A stretch of DNA of 64,000 nt from positions 16,310 through 80,309 of the forward strand of contig CAYRMQ010000002.1 in the NCBI GenBank assembly GCA_964425305.1. The letters are read 5' to 3'. Every line of letters starts with the position of its first letter. Positions within the stretch are counted from its first letter, which is position 1. The position numbers and the translations under genes were made by a program. The DNA comes from an uncultured Anaerolineaceae bacterium (lineage in GTDB: Bacteria > Chloroflexota > Limnocylindria > Limnocylindrales > CSP1-4). Below, piece after piece: positions 26,019 to 35,974 of this stretch. The notes beneath the pieces are model-generated. The model was not told the DNA's origin, searched no databases, and saw only the letters and a list, made by a program, of their open reading frames with translations.

Positions 26019-26617
26019 CCCGTTTGTTGGCTGGTGCGTGGCTCCTGGTCGTGGTCGCATGCGTGTCCGTCACGGGCGGGCCGACGAGCCCGCCGCCCAC
26101 CGATCGCCCGACCCCGACAGCCCCGGCCACCACTCAACCGGCGGCCAGCCTGCCGCCCAGCGAGGCGCCCGACCCCACCGCCACGCCATCGGTTAGGACC
26201 GAACCCGAACCGACCGACGACGAGCCACCGCTGCCGCCGACCGCGGTGCTGACCCTGGCCGACGGCATCAGCCTTCCCGGCACCCTCGGCAGCTACGCCT
26301 ACGGCGGTGCCGCCGCGGACACGCCGTGGCTGCCGGCCCGCGCGCTGAGGGCGGCCGAGGTGGGCGTCTGGGCAACGCTCACGCTGACCGTCGATCCCGC
26401 CGAAGCCTTCGTTCGCTGGGGCGCGCGCTACGCCGCAGCCGACGACGAGACCGGCGACGTCATCACCCAGCTGGCTGCCGGCGGCGACGGCACGACGCCG
26501 CTGGACGAGGCGCGCCTGGGCCCACTACCGAGCGGCGAGTGGGTGGTCATGGTCCAGCTGTTCTTCGCCGACGAGGCCGGCGACGCAGCCTACTACTGGC
26601 ACGTGATCGTGCCGTAG
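26015..26617 (+). CDS. lipoprotein, hypothetical
   Basis: ATG 26015 (ATGA overlap). MTRLLAGAWLLVVVAC lipobox, a long Pro/Thr linker, and a C-terminal domain of about 120 aa. Confidence 0.6.
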   Translation: MTRLLAGAWLLVVVACVSVTGGPTSPPPTDRPTPTAPATTQPAASLPPSEAPDPTATPSVRTEPEPTDDEPPLPPTAVLTLADGISLPGTLGSYAYGGAAADTPWLPARALRAAEVGVWATLTLTVDPAEAFVRWGARYAAADDETGDVITQLAAGGDGTTPLDEARLGPLPSGEWVVMVQLFFADEAGDAAYYWHVIVP

Positions 26618-26627
26618 GCCCCCCGCT

Positions 26628-26918
26628 CTAGGCGGGGGCGGCTTCCGCGGAGATTTCTCCGGGCGCGCCGAAGAAGCTCGTCTGCGCCTCCTCGGGCAGC
26701 ATCTGGCCAAGGATCTTCTGGAGCGCCAGGACGTGGGCGCAGGTCTTCCAGTTCTCGAAGTAGTGGCAGGTGCACTGCCAGCGATCGGCGTCGAGGGCCA
26801 CGCGGTGGGTGTCGTTGTCACCCCGGAAGGTGAGCGACAGCCGGTCGATCGTGATCCGGTCCGTCTCGCGCGCGTAGCGATTGGCCTTCTCGATCTTGCC
26901 GATCACGCTGGAATGCAT
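26628..26918 (-). CDS. small SWIM zinc-finger protein
   Basis: ATG 26918 after GGGAGGA. 96 aa. WQCTCHYFENWKTCAHVLAL matches the CxCxnCxH SWIM signature. Confidence 0.75.
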   Translation of the reverse strand: MHSSVIGKIEKANRYARETDRITIDRLSLTFRGDNDTHRVALDADRWQCTCHYFENWKTCAHVLALQKILGQMLPEEAQTSFFGAPGEISAEAAPA

Positions 26919-27103
26919 GGGGCAAATCCTCCCGCCATGCGGCGCCTGCTGGCGTCGCCTCCTGCGCCCCGGACCGGCGACCGCTCGGCCGTCTGAGCCG
27001 GAGCGACGATGACCGTAGCCTACATCAGCGCCATGGCCCTCGCCACCCACCGAAGGGGCCATCGGCAACGGCGATCGGGCGGTCCTGGCGGGCCGCGGAG
27101 TTC

Positions 27104-28198
27104 CTAGTCCTCGGACTCCTGGTCGGCCTCCTGCATGCCCGCCTTGATGTGGCCAATGGCCTCGACGGGCGTCGGGTCGACGCCGTAGAGCAGGGCCAGG
27201 TAGGCGCTGACGTAGTCGCCAAGGGTGATCGCCCAGCAGGCCTGCTCGAAGCGCGAGTCGCCGCCCAATGGGACGACCTGGTAGGCGATGCCGGCGGCCG
27301 CCAGCAGCTCCGTCGACAGCGACAGCCGGTGGCTGTTGCGCGGGTGGTCGAACGAGCCGGTCAGGAAGAGGACATAGAGATGGTCGCGCAGGTTCTCGGG
27401 TTGCTCGTAGCCGACGACGGTGTTGTGCGTCGCCTCGGGCAGCTCCTCGGCGACGGCCGCCGACTTGCCGTTCTCGTTGAGCTGCGCCTTCCAGCGCCGG
27501 GTCACGGCCGCCAGGTAACCGGCGGCCTCGACGACCGGCAGCCGGTCGACGAGCGTCCAGGCCAGTTGCTTGGCCAGGTTGCCGTCCGTCGCCACGCCGG
27601 GCGCGCAGGCGCGCGAAACGGTCGCCGAGGCGGCGCCCGCGGCGGCCAGCTCTGACTGGTCAACTTGGAGGACGCCGGCCTGGCGCAGCAGGCCGGTCAG
27701 CGCCGCCAGGGTGTAGCCGACGGCGGCACGCGGCGGGCAGTCGTCGGGGTAGATGACCCGCGGCAGCTGGACGCGGGCGGCGACGTCACCCAGCGGCCCG
27801 CCGGTCGTCACCGCGACCACCGGGCAGCGCCGCTCGAGAGCGGCGCTGGTGGCAGCGATCGTCTCCTCCGTCGCGCCACTGTGCGAGACAGCGACGACGA
27901 GCGTGTCGCGCCCGACCCACGCCGGCAGCTCATAGTCGCGCACAGACACGACGGGCAGGCGCAGCCGGTCGGCAAAGATGCCGCGCACCAGGTCGCCGGC
28001 GATCGCCGAGCCGCCCATGCCCAGCACGGCGACGGCGCGCGCGCCAGCGTAAGACTCGGGCAGCGTCAGGTCGCGCGTCAGTCCCCAGCCGATCTCGAGC
28101 TGGCGCGGCATCTCGGCCACGTGGCGGAGCATTCCTCCCGGGTCGCGCCGGTCGAGTGTGGCAACCTCGTCGAGCACGCTGCCCACGCCGAAGCTCAT
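27104..28198 (-). CDS. bifunctional phosphoglucose/phosphomannose isomerase (SIS domains)
   Basis: ATG 28198 (ATGA overlap). AVLGMGGSAIAGDL and VAVSHSGATEET are SIS motifs. Operon context with PMM and ManC. Confidence 0.8.
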   Translation of the reverse strand: MSFGVGSVLDEVATLDRRDPGGMLRHVAEMPRQLEIGWGLTRDLTLPESYAGARAVAVLGMGGSAIAGDLVRGIFADRLRLPVVSVRDYELPAWVGRDTLVVAVSHSGATEETIAATSAALERRCPVVAVTTGGPLGDVAARVQLPRVIYPDDCPPRAAVGYTLAALTGLLRQAGVLQVDQSELAAAGAASATVSRACAPGVATDGNLAKQLAWTLVDRLPVVEAAGYLAAVTRRWKAQLNENGKSAAVAEELPEATHNTVVGYEQPENLRDHLYVLFLTGSFDHPRNSHRLSLSTELLAAAGIAYQVVPLGGDSRFEQACWAITLGDYVSAYLALLYGVDPTPVEAIGHIKAGMQEADQESED

Positions 28199-29685
28199 GC
28201 CACGCCACCTCCGACGCGCTCGCCGCGGACCAGCGCGCTGCCGTCCAATAGGATGGCGTCGCGCAGCTCGGCGCTCGTCGCCTCGGCATAGACGCGGACG
28301 AGCGGCTCCGTGCCGCTGAAGCGGACGAGCAGCCACGAGCCGTCGTCGAGCCAGAACTTGAAGCCGTCGTTCGTCTCAAGGGCGTCGGTCTGGACGACCT
28401 GCTGGCCGGCGACGGTGGCCGGCGCCTGCTCGCGCAGCTCGACCAGCAGGCGGTCCTTCAGTGCAGGGTAGGCCGCTCGATCGACGTGGACGTCGCTGCG
28501 CAGGTAGAACGAGGGTCCGGCGATGGAGTGCAGGTGCTCGACGGCCGCCGACACCGGCCAGCGGCCGGCCTCGCGCTCCCTCACGAAGAGGTCGAGCAGC
28601 AGCAGGTTGGCGTAGATGCCGTCGCGCTCGGGCAGGTGCATCCCGAAGCCGTAGCCGCCCGACTCCTCGCCGCCCATCATCGCGCCAGTTTCGATCATCT
28701 TCGGCCCGACGTACTTGAAGCCGACCGGCGTCTCGTGGACCTCGACGCCATAGCGCTCGCCGAGGCGGCGGACCATGCTCGTCTCGTTGACCGTCGAGAC
28801 GACGGGCTGGCGCAGGCCACGGTGCTCAAGCAGGTAGTACATCAAGAGGCCCATCACCTGCAGCTGGTGGATGAAGGTGCCCTTCTCGTCGGCCGCGCCG
28901 GCACGATCGGCGTCACCGTCGAGCAGCAGCCCGAGGTCGTAGCCGCCGCCGGCGAGCATACTCAGCGCTTCGTCGATGTTGGGCCGGATCGGCTCGGGGT
29001 TGACGCCGCCGAAGTAGGGGTTGCGCTCCCGGTGGATCTCATCGACATCTTCCTCGCCCAGCAAGCGGCTGAGCCAGCCAGCGCCGGAGCCCCACATGGG
29101 GTCGACGAGCACGCTTACGTTGGCCCGCCGCAGGCGGTCGAGGTCGAGCGTTCGCTCGACGAAGCGGCGGTAGCCGTCGAACGGGTCGAAGCGCTCGACC
29201 AGGCCGGCCGCCTCGGCGTCGGCGAACGGACGCGTCTCGGGCTGGTAGGCGGCCCGCTGGCGGATCGTCGCCTCGAGCGTCTTGAGCATCTGCGGCCCAC
29301 CGGCGGCGCCCGTTTCCGACTTGACCTTGAAGCCGTTATCGAGCCACGGGTTGTGCGAGGCAGTGATGACCACGCCGCAGGCTGCCCGTCGCTCGACGAC
29401 CTCGAACGAGACCATCTGCGTCGGGACCGCCTGCCTGCCGAAGATGACCCGGATGTCGTGGGCGAGCAGCACCTCGGCCGCCGCCTGCGCGAAGTTCTCG
29501 CTGGCGAAGCGGCGGTCGTAGCCGACGACGACGCCGCGCGCGGTGGTGCCCCGGTCGAGGACGTAGCGCGCGACGCCCTCGGCGCAGCGCCGCACGTTAT
29601 CGTAGGTGTAGTCGTCGGCGACGCGCGCCCGCCAGCCGTCCGTGCCGAAGACGATGGGCGGTAGCGGCGCGGCTCGGTCGTTCAC
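28195..29685 (-). CDS. phosphomannomutase/phosphoglucomutase
   Basis: GTG 29685 (GTGA overlap). FGTDGWR, active-site GVVITASHNP, metal loop LLLDGDADR. Confidence 0.9.
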   Translation of the reverse strand: MNDRAAPLPPIVFGTDGWRARVADDYTYDNVRRCAEGVARYVLDRGTTARGVVVGYDRRFASENFAQAAAEVLLAHDIRVIFGRQAVPTQMVSFEVVERRAACGVVITASHNPWLDNGFKVKSETGAAGGPQMLKTLEATIRQRAAYQPETRPFADAEAAGLVERFDPFDGYRRFVERTLDLDRLRRANVSVLVDPMWGSGAGWLSRLLGEEDVDEIHRERNPYFGGVNPEPIRPNIDEALSMLAGGGYDLGLLLDGDADRAGAADEKGTFIHQLQVMGLLMYYLLEHRGLRQPVVSTVNETSMVRRLGERYGVEVHETPVGFKYVGPKMIETGAMMGGEESGGYGFGMHLPERDGIYANLLLLDLFVREREAGRWPVSAAVEHLHSIAGPSFYLRSDVHVDRAAYPALKDRLLVELREQAPATVAGQQVVQTDALETNDGFKFWLDDGSWLLVRFSGTEPLVRVYAEATSAELRDAILLDGSALVRGERVGGGVA

Positions 29686-30743
29686 AGGTGGTCGGTCTCC
29701 TCCTTCGCCGCCAGGCGATCGACGATGCGCCGGACGTCCTGCGCTCGGTCGGCATCGCAGACGAGGAGGACGTCGGGCGTGTCGACGATGATCGCACCGC
29801 GCAGCCCTACAGTCACGACCAGCCGGCCACCGGACGAGTGGACGAGCACGTCCTCCGAATCGAGATTCTCCGTCCGGCCGATGGCCACGACGCCGCCGTC
29901 GGCAGGATGCTCGCGGGCCAGCTGCTGGTGGAGCGCGTTCCAGCTGCCGAGGTCGCTCCAGCCGACGTCGATGGGCAGGACGCGCACCCTGCCCTCGAGT
30001 GAGGCCGGCTCGAGCAGGGCGTAGTCGATCGACGTCTGGCGCAGGGCTCGGTAGGTCTCGGCCAGCGGGCGCTGCTGAGCGAGACTCTCGCGCAGCGGAG
30101 CGACGATGTCCGGCGCATACCGGTCGAGCCCCGACAGGAGGGTGTCGCGGCGCCAACAGAAGATGCCGGCGTTCCACCATGCCCCAGCCGGGTCGGCGAG
30201 CAGCGCCTGGGCCGCGTCGCGCTCGGGTTTCTCGACGAAGCGGCTGACCCGGCGCACGGCGCGGTCGCGCTCCTCGGCCGTGCCGACGATGTAGCCGTAG
30301 CCCGTCTCCGGGCCGCTCGGCGCCACGCCCAGCGTCACGTACGAGCCATCAGCGGCAGCGTCGGCGGCGGCCGACAGGGCCAGGCGGAAGGCGTCCTCGT
30401 CGGCGACGTGGTGGTCGGCCGGCAGAACCAGCATGACGTCCTCGTCCGCGCGCTCTATGGCCAGCGCGGCGTAGGCGACGGCGGCGGCGGTGTTGCGTGC
30501 CTCGGGCTCGCCCAGCAGTTGCTCAAGCTTGAGCTGAGGCGCCTGCCGCCGCACCTCGTCGAGGTGGGACTGCTCGGTGACGACGTGAATCGCCTCCGCG
30601 CCGACGAGCGGCTCGACGCGCGCGACCGTCCGCTGGAAGAGGCTCTGCTCGCCGGTCAGCGGCAGGAACGGCTTCGTGCGCGCCCGCCGGCTCAACGGCC
30701 ACAGGCGAGTGCCTCCACCACCGGCGAGGATCACGACGTACAT
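29682..30743 (-). CDS. manC: mannose-1-phosphate guanylyltransferase
   Basis: ATG 30743. MYVVILAGGGGTRLWPLSR nucleotidyltransferase signature. Confidence 0.9.
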   Translation of the reverse strand: MYVVILAGGGGTRLWPLSRRARTKPFLPLTGEQSLFQRTVARVEPLVGAEAIHVVTEQSHLDEVRRQAPQLKLEQLLGEPEARNTAAAVAYAALAIERADEDVMLVLPADHHVADEDAFRLALSAAADAAADGSYVTLGVAPSGPETGYGYIVGTAEERDRAVRRVSRFVEKPERDAAQALLADPAGAWWNAGIFCWRRDTLLSGLDRYAPDIVAPLRESLAQQRPLAETYRALRQTSIDYALLEPASLEGRVRVLPIDVGWSDLGSWNALHQQLAREHPADGGVVAIGRTENLDSEDVLVHSSGGRLVVTVGLRGAIIVDTPDVLLVCDADRAQDVRRIVDRLAAKEETDHL

Positions 30744-30825
30744 GCCTCGCCATTCTATGAGCCAGGGGCAGAGTGACCAGGGAAATGGGCAGCGTGGCTC
30801 CTGCGCGGGCAACGCGAAGCTCGAG

Positions 30826-30855
30826 CTCGTCAGATGACGTGCTCGTGAGCACTAC
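30826..30855 (-). repeat. REP-like element (GTAG head)
   Basis: The reverse complement reads GTAGTGCTCACGAGCACGTCATCTGACGAG. It contains small palindromes TGCTC-AC-GAGCA and CGTCA-TC-TGACG. Confidence 0.65.
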
Positions 30856-30876
30856 CCGCGCCGACTTGGGGCAGAT

Positions 30877-30906
30877 CTCGTCAGATGGCGCGTGGGTGAG
30901 CGCTAC
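30877..30906 (-). repeat. REP-like element (GTAG head)
   Basis: The reverse complement reads GTAGCGCTCACCCACGCGCCATCTGACGAG. It is a direct repeat of 30826-30855 with a 51-bp period. Confidence 0.65.
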
Positions 30907-31056
30907 GGCGCCGGCGGCCTGGAAGTCCCGTCACCTGCTTACGGTCCGAGCACTGTGCGAGCCAAAACGCCGCTCGCGACCGGCCGATGGCCGTCGCCGA
31001 GTGCAAAGGAGTGACAAAACCAGTGCGGATAACCGTTTACCGCTGACAGGAATCGC

Positions 31057-31085
31057 GTAGTGCTCACGACGGCGTCGATTGACGG
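31057..31085 (+). repeat. REP-like element (GTAG head), inverted relative to 30826/30877
   Basis: GTAGTGCTCACGACGGCGTCGATTGACGG. Positions 31058-31069 are the exact reverse complement of 30844-30855. Confidence 0.65.
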
Positions 31086-31159
31086 AAACCGCCATCGGTC
31101 AGTCCTGGGCAGGCGAAGCCGGTCGCCGACCACCCAGGCGCCTCGCCGCTCGAATGGCC

Positions 31160-32392
31160 CTATGTGGCGGCCTGCAGCTCCGACGAATCCGGCACCTTGA
31201 TCCCGGCGTCGTCGGCGAGCACCGGCGCCAGGTCGGTGCCTTCCCAGGCCAGGTCCAGCTCGGGCCTGCCGAAGTGGCCGTAGGCGGCCGTCTGGCGGAA
31301 GATCGGCCGGCGCAGCGCCAGGCGGTCGATGATCGCGCCCGGTCGCAGGTCGAAGTGGCGGTCGATCAGGCCGAGGATGCGCTCGTCGGGGATGCGGCCG
31401 GTACCGAATGTCTCGATCGAGATTGCGAGCGGGCGGGCGACGCCGATCGCGTAGGCGATCTCGATCTCGAAGCGGTCGGCGAGGCCGGCGGCGACGACGT
31501 TCTTGGCGACCCAGCGCGCGGCGTAGGCACCCGAGCGGTCGACCTTCGAGGGATCCTTGCCCGAGAAGCAGCCCCCGCCGTGACGGGCCATGCCGCCGTA
31601 GCTGTCGACCATCACCTTCCGGCCGGTCAGGCCGGCGTCGCCCATCGGCCCACCGATCACGAAGCGGCCGGTGGGATTGACGTGGATGACGGGGTCGACG
31701 CGCCGCAGGTGGGCCGGGATGACCTTCTTGACGACCATCTCGATGACGTCGTCGCGCAGCCGCTCGCTGGCCACCTCGTCGTCGTGCTGGGCGGCGATGA
31801 CGACGGTCCGCACCGCGACCGGCTGGCCGTGGCGGTACTCGACAGTCACCTGCGACTTGCCGTCCGGCCGAAGGTAGGGCAACAGCTCGTCCTTGCGCAC
31901 GCGCGCCAGTTGCTGCGCCAGGCGGTGGGCGAGCGAGATGGGCAGCGGCATCAGCTCGGGCGTCTCGCGGCAGGCGAAGCCGAACATCATCCCCTGGTCG
32001 CCGGCGCCCTGGTCGTGGGTGTTGCCCTTGCCACGCGTCTCGAACGCCTCGTCGACGCCCTGGCTGATGTCGGGCGACTGCTCGTGAACCGACACCAGCG
32101 TGCCGCACGTGCGGTAGTCGAAGCCGAAGCGGGCGTCGGTGTAGCCGATCTCGCGGACGGTGTCGCGCACGACGTTCTGGAACTCGACGTAGGTGCTGGT
32201 GGTGATCTCGCCGAGGACGATCACCGTGCCCGTCGTCGTCGCCGCCTCGCAGGCGACGCGCGCGTCGGGGTCGTCGCGCAGGATGGCGTCGAGGATGGCG
32301 TCCGAGATCTGGTCGCACATCTTGTCGGGATGGCCCTCGGTCACCGACTCGGACGTGAAGAGGTACTGGTCGGCGCTGATGATGCTGGTCAT
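31160..32392 (-). CDS. metK: S-adenosylmethionine synthetase
   Basis: ATG 32392. [25 protein letters not shown], and highly conserved throughout. Confidence 0.97.
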   Translation of the reverse strand: MTSIISADQYLFTSESVTEGHPDKMCDQISDAILDAILRDDPDARVACEAATTTGTVIVLGEITTSTYVEFQNVVRDTVREIGYTDARFGFDYRTCGTLVSVHEQSPDISQGVDEAFETRGKGNTHDQGAGDQGMMFGFACRETPELMPLPISLAHRLAQQLARVRKDELLPYLRPDGKSQVTVEYRHGQPVAVRTVVIAAQHDDEVASERLRDDVIEMVVKKVIPAHLRRVDPVIHVNPTGRFVIGGPMGDAGLTGRKVMVDSYGGMARHGGGCFSGKDPSKVDRSGAYAARWVAKNVVAAGLADRFEIEIAYAIGVARPLAISIETFGTGRIPDERILGLIDRHFDLRPGAIIDRLALRRPIFRQTAAYGHFGRPELDLAWEGTDLAPVLADDAGIKVPDSSELQAAT

Positions 32393-32397
32393 GCGGC

Positions 32398-33735
32398 TCA
32401 GGTACCTTCCTGCCACGAGGCGACGTAGCGTTCCTGCTCGGGCGTCATCTTGTCGATCTCGACGCCCAGCGCCTCGAGCTTGAGACGGGCCACCTCGCGG
32501 TCGATCTCGGGCGGCACGGTGTGGACGCGTGCCTCCAGCTCGGCATGGTGGCGAGCAACGTAGTCGGCGGCCAGCGCCTGGTTGGCAAAGCTCATGTCCA
32601 TCACCGCCGCCGGGTGGCCCTCGGCCGCCGCCAGGTTGACCAGCCGGCCCTCGCCGAGGACGTACAGCCGCCGCTCGCCGAGGTCGTACTCCTGCACGTC
32701 GCGGCGCACCTCGCGAACCTTGCCACCGCACATCTCGACCAGCCTGCGCAGGTCGATCTCGGCGTCGAAGTGGCCGCTGTTGGCGAGGATGGCCCCGTCG
32801 CGCATGCTGCGGAAGTGCTCGGCGCGGAAGACGTTGAGGTTCCCCGTCGCGGTCACGAACACCTCGCCCCAGGCCGCCGCGTCGGCCGCCGACTTTACGA
32901 GGAAGCCGTCCATCAGCGCCTCCAGTGCCGGCAGCGGGTCGACCTCAACGACAGCGACCTGCGCGCCCATGCCGCGGAAGCGCGACGCGACGCCCTTGCC
33001 GACCCAGCCGTAACCGGCGACGACGACGCGCCGGCCGGCGAGAAGGATGTTCGTCGCGCGCAGGATGCCGTCGATCGTCGACTGGCCGGTGCCGTAGCGG
33101 TTGTCGAACATGTGCTTGGTGCGCGCCTCGTTGACGGCGACCACGGGGTAGGCCAGCGCGCCGTCGGCGGCCATCGCGCGCAGGCGGATGACGCCGGTCG
33201 TCGTCTCCTCGGTGCCGGCGATGACGCCGGCCAGCTCGGCGCGGCGCGACGTATGGAGCAGTGACACCAGGTCGCAGCCGTCGTCCATCGTCAGCTGCGG
33301 CTTGGTGTCGGCGACGGCGTTGAGATGGGCGTAGTACGTGTCGCGGTCAGCGCCGCGGCGGGCGAAGGTGCTGATGCCGTACTCGCCGACCAGCGCCGCG
33401 GCGGTCGCATCCTGCGTCGAGAGAGGGTTGGATGCGCACAGCGCCACCTGCGCACCGCCGGCGGCAAGTGTCCGCATCAGGTTGGCCGTCTCGCTCGTGA
33501 CGTGCAGGCACGCCCCGATGCGCAGGCCGTCGAGCGGGCGCTCGCGCTCGAAGCGCTCGCGGATGAGGCGCAGGACGGGCATCTCGCGCTTGGCCCACTC
33601 GATGCGGCGCACCCCCTCGGCGGCCAGGCCAAGGTCGGTGACGTCGTGCGCGGGAAGGGAAGCGGGCGCGGTCTGGCCGTTGGCGGCGTCACCGGAGGTG
33701 GTCTGCGACTGAGTGGCTGAGGCGGATTGGGTCAC
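32398..33735 (-). CDS. ahcY: adenosylhomocysteinase
   Basis: 445 aa with a GTG start in a GTGA overlap. [11 protein letters not shown], a [11 protein letters not shown]-binding site, and SGHFDAEID. Confidence 0.95.
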   Translation of the reverse strand: MTQSASATQSQTTSGDAANGQTAPASLPAHDVTDLGLAAEGVRRIEWAKREMPVLRLIRERFERERPLDGLRIGACLHVTSETANLMRTLAAGGAQVALCASNPLSTQDATAAALVGEYGISTFARRGADRDTYYAHLNAVADTKPQLTMDDGCDLVSLLHTSRRAELAGVIAGTEETTTGVIRLRAMAADGALAYPVVAVNEARTKHMFDNRYGTGQSTIDGILRATNILLAGRRVVVAGYGWVGKGVASRFRGMGAQVAVVEVDPLPALEALMDGFLVKSAADAAAWGEVFVTATGNLNVFRAEHFRSMRDGAILANSGHFDAEIDLRRLVEMCGGKVREVRRDVQEYDLGERRLYVLGEGRLVNLAAAEGHPAAVMDMSFANQALAADYVARHHAELEARVHTVPPEIDREVARLKLEALGVEIDKMTPEQERYVASWQEGT

Positions 33736-34610
33736 TGGCTCTCCTTCGTGCGGGACAGCATGATGCGCAGCTGCCGGACGATGCTATCCCAGGGTGCGCC
33801 GCGGCGGCGTGCGAGGCGCTCCTCGAAGCGGCAGTACTCGATGTAACCGAGCGCCTGGTACGCGGCGATCGCGGGCGGGTTGTCCGAGCGCACGTTGAGC
33901 ACGACGTCGTCGCAGTAGCGCAGCAGCTCCTGCGTTACGGCGCTCGTCGTCAGCTTGGCGTAGCCGCGGCCGCGATGGTCGGGATGGGTCATCACGTTGC
34001 CGACCACGCCCAGCCGCGCCGTCCGGCTGATGACGTGCGTGCCGGCCGCCGCCACCAGCCGGCTGTTGACGCGGATGCCGTAGTAAACGCCGTTGGCGAT
34101 CGCGTCCGGCCCGAGCCAGGACGTGAAGCCCAGCCCGTACAGCCGGTTGAGGTCGCCGATCTCGACCGGCAGGAGGCGCAGGGCGACCCCCGACACCGGC
34201 CGGAACGTGTCGCGATTGACCCACATGCGCAGCATCAGCGGGCCCGGGTCGATGCGGTAATGGCGGCCGATTGCGGGCAGCTGCGAGGCGTCGGCGGCGA
34301 GGTACACCAGGCGCGGACTGATCACGTCGCGCAGCACGGCCGCGATGCCGTCGGCGTCGCCCATCACGAACAGCGGCTGCGGCGACAGCCCGCGGTACTC
34401 GAGGACGACCGCCACCGGCGCGCCGTTTCGGCGGGCGATGCCCCAGCGCGTCTTGCCGAACTCGTGGTCCTCGAGGTCGCAGATGGCGTAGGCGGCCAGC
34501 AACCGGTCGCGCTCGAGGAAGTCGCGCAGCAGCTGCCGATCGCGCGTCGTCTCGACCTGGAAGCCGCGCTCGGCGACCTGCGTCGCCCGGCCGCGCGCGG
34601 TGGCGGCCAT
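33732..34610 (-). CDS. GNAT-family N-acetyltransferase (two-domain)
   Basis: 292 aa. The C-terminal acetyl-CoA motif is [23 protein letters not shown]. Confidence 0.78.
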   Translation of the reverse strand: MAATARGRATQVAERGFQVETTRDRQLLRDFLERDRLLAAYAICDLEDHEFGKTRWGIARRNGAPVAVVLEYRGLSPQPLFVMGDADGIAAVLRDVISPRLVYLAADASQLPAIGRHYRIDPGPLMLRMWVNRDTFRPVSGVALRLLPVEIGDLNRLYGLGFTSWLGPDAIANGVYYGIRVNSRLVAAAGTHVISRTARLGVVGNVMTHPDHRGRGYAKLTTSAVTQELLRYCDDVVLNVRSDNPPAIAAYQALGYIEYCRFEERLARRRGAPWDSIVRQLRIMLSRTKESQ

Positions 34611-35953
34611 CAGGTGCGCCCCTCTCCCGGCGGCGCACGGATGACGCCGTCCTCGGTGAGAAACGCGGTGATGGCGGCGCCCGGGACGACGTCGAGCTCG
34701 GGCTGGCTGTGCGCGCGGGGTATGGCACGGCCGTCGGGCGTCGCCGGGTCGCGCACGGGCACGGGCGCGCAGGCGTAGACGGGCACGCCGGCGATCGTGG
34801 CGAGGCGGGCGACGTTGAGGCTCCCCAGGAGCCCGGCGGTGTCGCCATTGGCACAGGCCCAGTCGGCGCGCAGCAGAACCGCGTCGACGGGATGCTCGGC
34901 GAGTAGCCAGCCAACCGCCGAATCGGGGATGACCGTGTGGGCGACGTCGGCCTGCGCCAGTTGCGGGGCGGCGACGCGGGCGCCCTCCGTGCCCGGGCAG
35001 GCCTCGGTCAGCCAGACCTTCACCTCGCGACCGGCCGACGACAACGACTGGACGACGGCGACGCCGGTGCCGACCATGCCGCCAGCGAGCGGTCCCATGT
35101 CGCCGTGCATCAGTAGCGACAGCGGCCGATCCTGAACGATTGGCAGGGTCTCGGCACCGAGGCGGCCGAGGCGGGCGTGGTCAAGCGCGGCCTGCGCCGC
35201 GATAGCGTCGGCCTCATCGTGCATGGCCGTCACGCGCGCCGCCTTGTCGGCCGCGTCGTCGAGCGACTCCCAGCGGCGGACCATCCGCTCCACGCCCCAC
35301 GCCGCGGCGCGCGACGCCGGCAGCGCCTGGCGAAGGATGTTGGCCGCCGCCCGAAAGGACGCCTCGCGCGTCCGCGCCGGCCGATGCTGACCGTGGATGA
35401 CGGCCAGCACGAGGCCATACGCCGCGATCTGGGCGAGGACCGGCCCGCCGCCGGCGACACCGTTGCGCAGGGCGGCGGCGACCATGCTCGCCGAGCTGCA
35501 AGTCACGCTTGCGCCGCGGCCCAGCGGCTCGCGCTGGTCGAGCAGAACGAGCGCGTCGTCGGTCAGCAGGTACGGGCTGCGGAAGGCGGGCTGCGGCTGC
35601 TCGCCGGTGGCGATGCCCTGGTCGGCAAGCTCCTCGGCAGCCACCGGCGAGGCGGCGGCGGCGATGCGCCGCTCGATGCGCGCGGCGCTCGCCCGCGGGT
35701 CGCGCACGCCGAGCCCGAACAGCTCCGTCGCCGCGCCGGCGCTGCCGCGGCGCAGCTCGTCGACGGCGCGCAGCGCCTGGCCGGCGCTCGACACCGTCTG
35801 GCGCCCGAAGTCGCGGAAGAACTGGCGGCGAGAGGGGTCGCGCGGCTGTTCGGTCGCCCTGGGGTCCTCCGGTGGCCGCCGCGCGTCGGTCGCCCGCTGG
35901 TCGTCGGTCGCCCGCTGGTCGTCGGTGGAGGAGTCGCGTCGGTCGGTCATCAC
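34610..35953 (-). CDS. eIF-2B/MtnA-family protein (divergent methylthioribose-1-phosphate-isomerase-like) with an N-terminal extension of about 95 aa
   Basis: ALVLLDQREPLG, LMHGDMGPLA and VIPDSAVG..DAVLLRADWACANGDTAGLLGS..LA..AGVPVYACAP follow the MtnA/eIF-2B pattern. The MxVRGAPAIG region is replaced by NGVAGGGPVLA. The N-terminus carries a TDDQRA tandem repeat. Confidence 0.68.
   Translation of the reverse strand: MMTDRRDSSTDDQRATDDQRATDARRPPEDPRATEQPRDPSRRQFFRDFGRQTVSSAGQALRAVDELRRGSAGAATELFGLGVRDPRASAARIERRIAAAASPVAAEELADQGIATGEQPQPAFRSPYLLTDDALVLLDQREPLGRGASVTCSSASMVAAALRNGVAGGGPVLAQIAAYGLVLAVIHGQHRPARTREASFRAAANILRQALPASRAAAWGVERMVRRWESLDDAADKAARVTAMHDEADAIAAQAALDHARLGRLGAETLPIVQDRPLSLLMHGDMGPLAGGMVGTGVAVVQSLSSAGREVKVWLTEACPGTEGARVAAPQLAQADVAHTVIPDSAVGWLLAEHPVDAVLLRADWACANGDTAGLLGSLNVARLATIAGVPVYACAPVPVRDPATPDGRAIPRAHSQPELDVVPGAAITAFLTEDGVIRAPPGEGRT
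35885..35926. repeat. 18-bp tandem repeat (about 2.3 copies) inside a coding region
   Basis: GTCGGTCGCCCGCTGGTC occurs at 35885-35902 and 35903-35920, followed by a partial third unit. It encodes TDDQRA-TDDQRA-TD on the minus strand. Confidence 0.9.
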
Positions 35954-35974
35954 CTGGCGCTCACCCCGCCGGCG

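Noticed and set aside
30826-30906. CUGACGA in the repeat units resembles the hammerhead ribozyme CUGANGA core.
   Set aside because: No GAAA core element, no appropriately placed stems I-III, and no cleavage-site context could be found on either strand. The match is part of the repeat consensus.
30773-31060. 95-aa ORF inside the metK-manC spacer.
   Set aside because: Its repeated VSTT/VSAT segments are simply translations of the palindromic repeat units. Low GC3 and no start context.
30744-31159. Possible RNase P RNA or SRP RNA, suggested by GGAAGUCC, ACAGGAAUCG, AUCGGUCAG and CAGAUGACG fragments.
   Set aside because: The universally conserved elements are absent or imperfect. These are GGAAAGUCC paired with ACAGAA..GGCUUA for RNase P, and the GGAA-tetraloop helix 8 with symmetric loops for SRP. 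The order and spacing also do not fit.
35800-35953. SRRQFFRDFG in the MtnA-like N-terminus looks like a twin-arginine (Tat) signal.
   Set aside because: No hydrophobic h-region or cleavage site follows, and the protein family is cytosolic.
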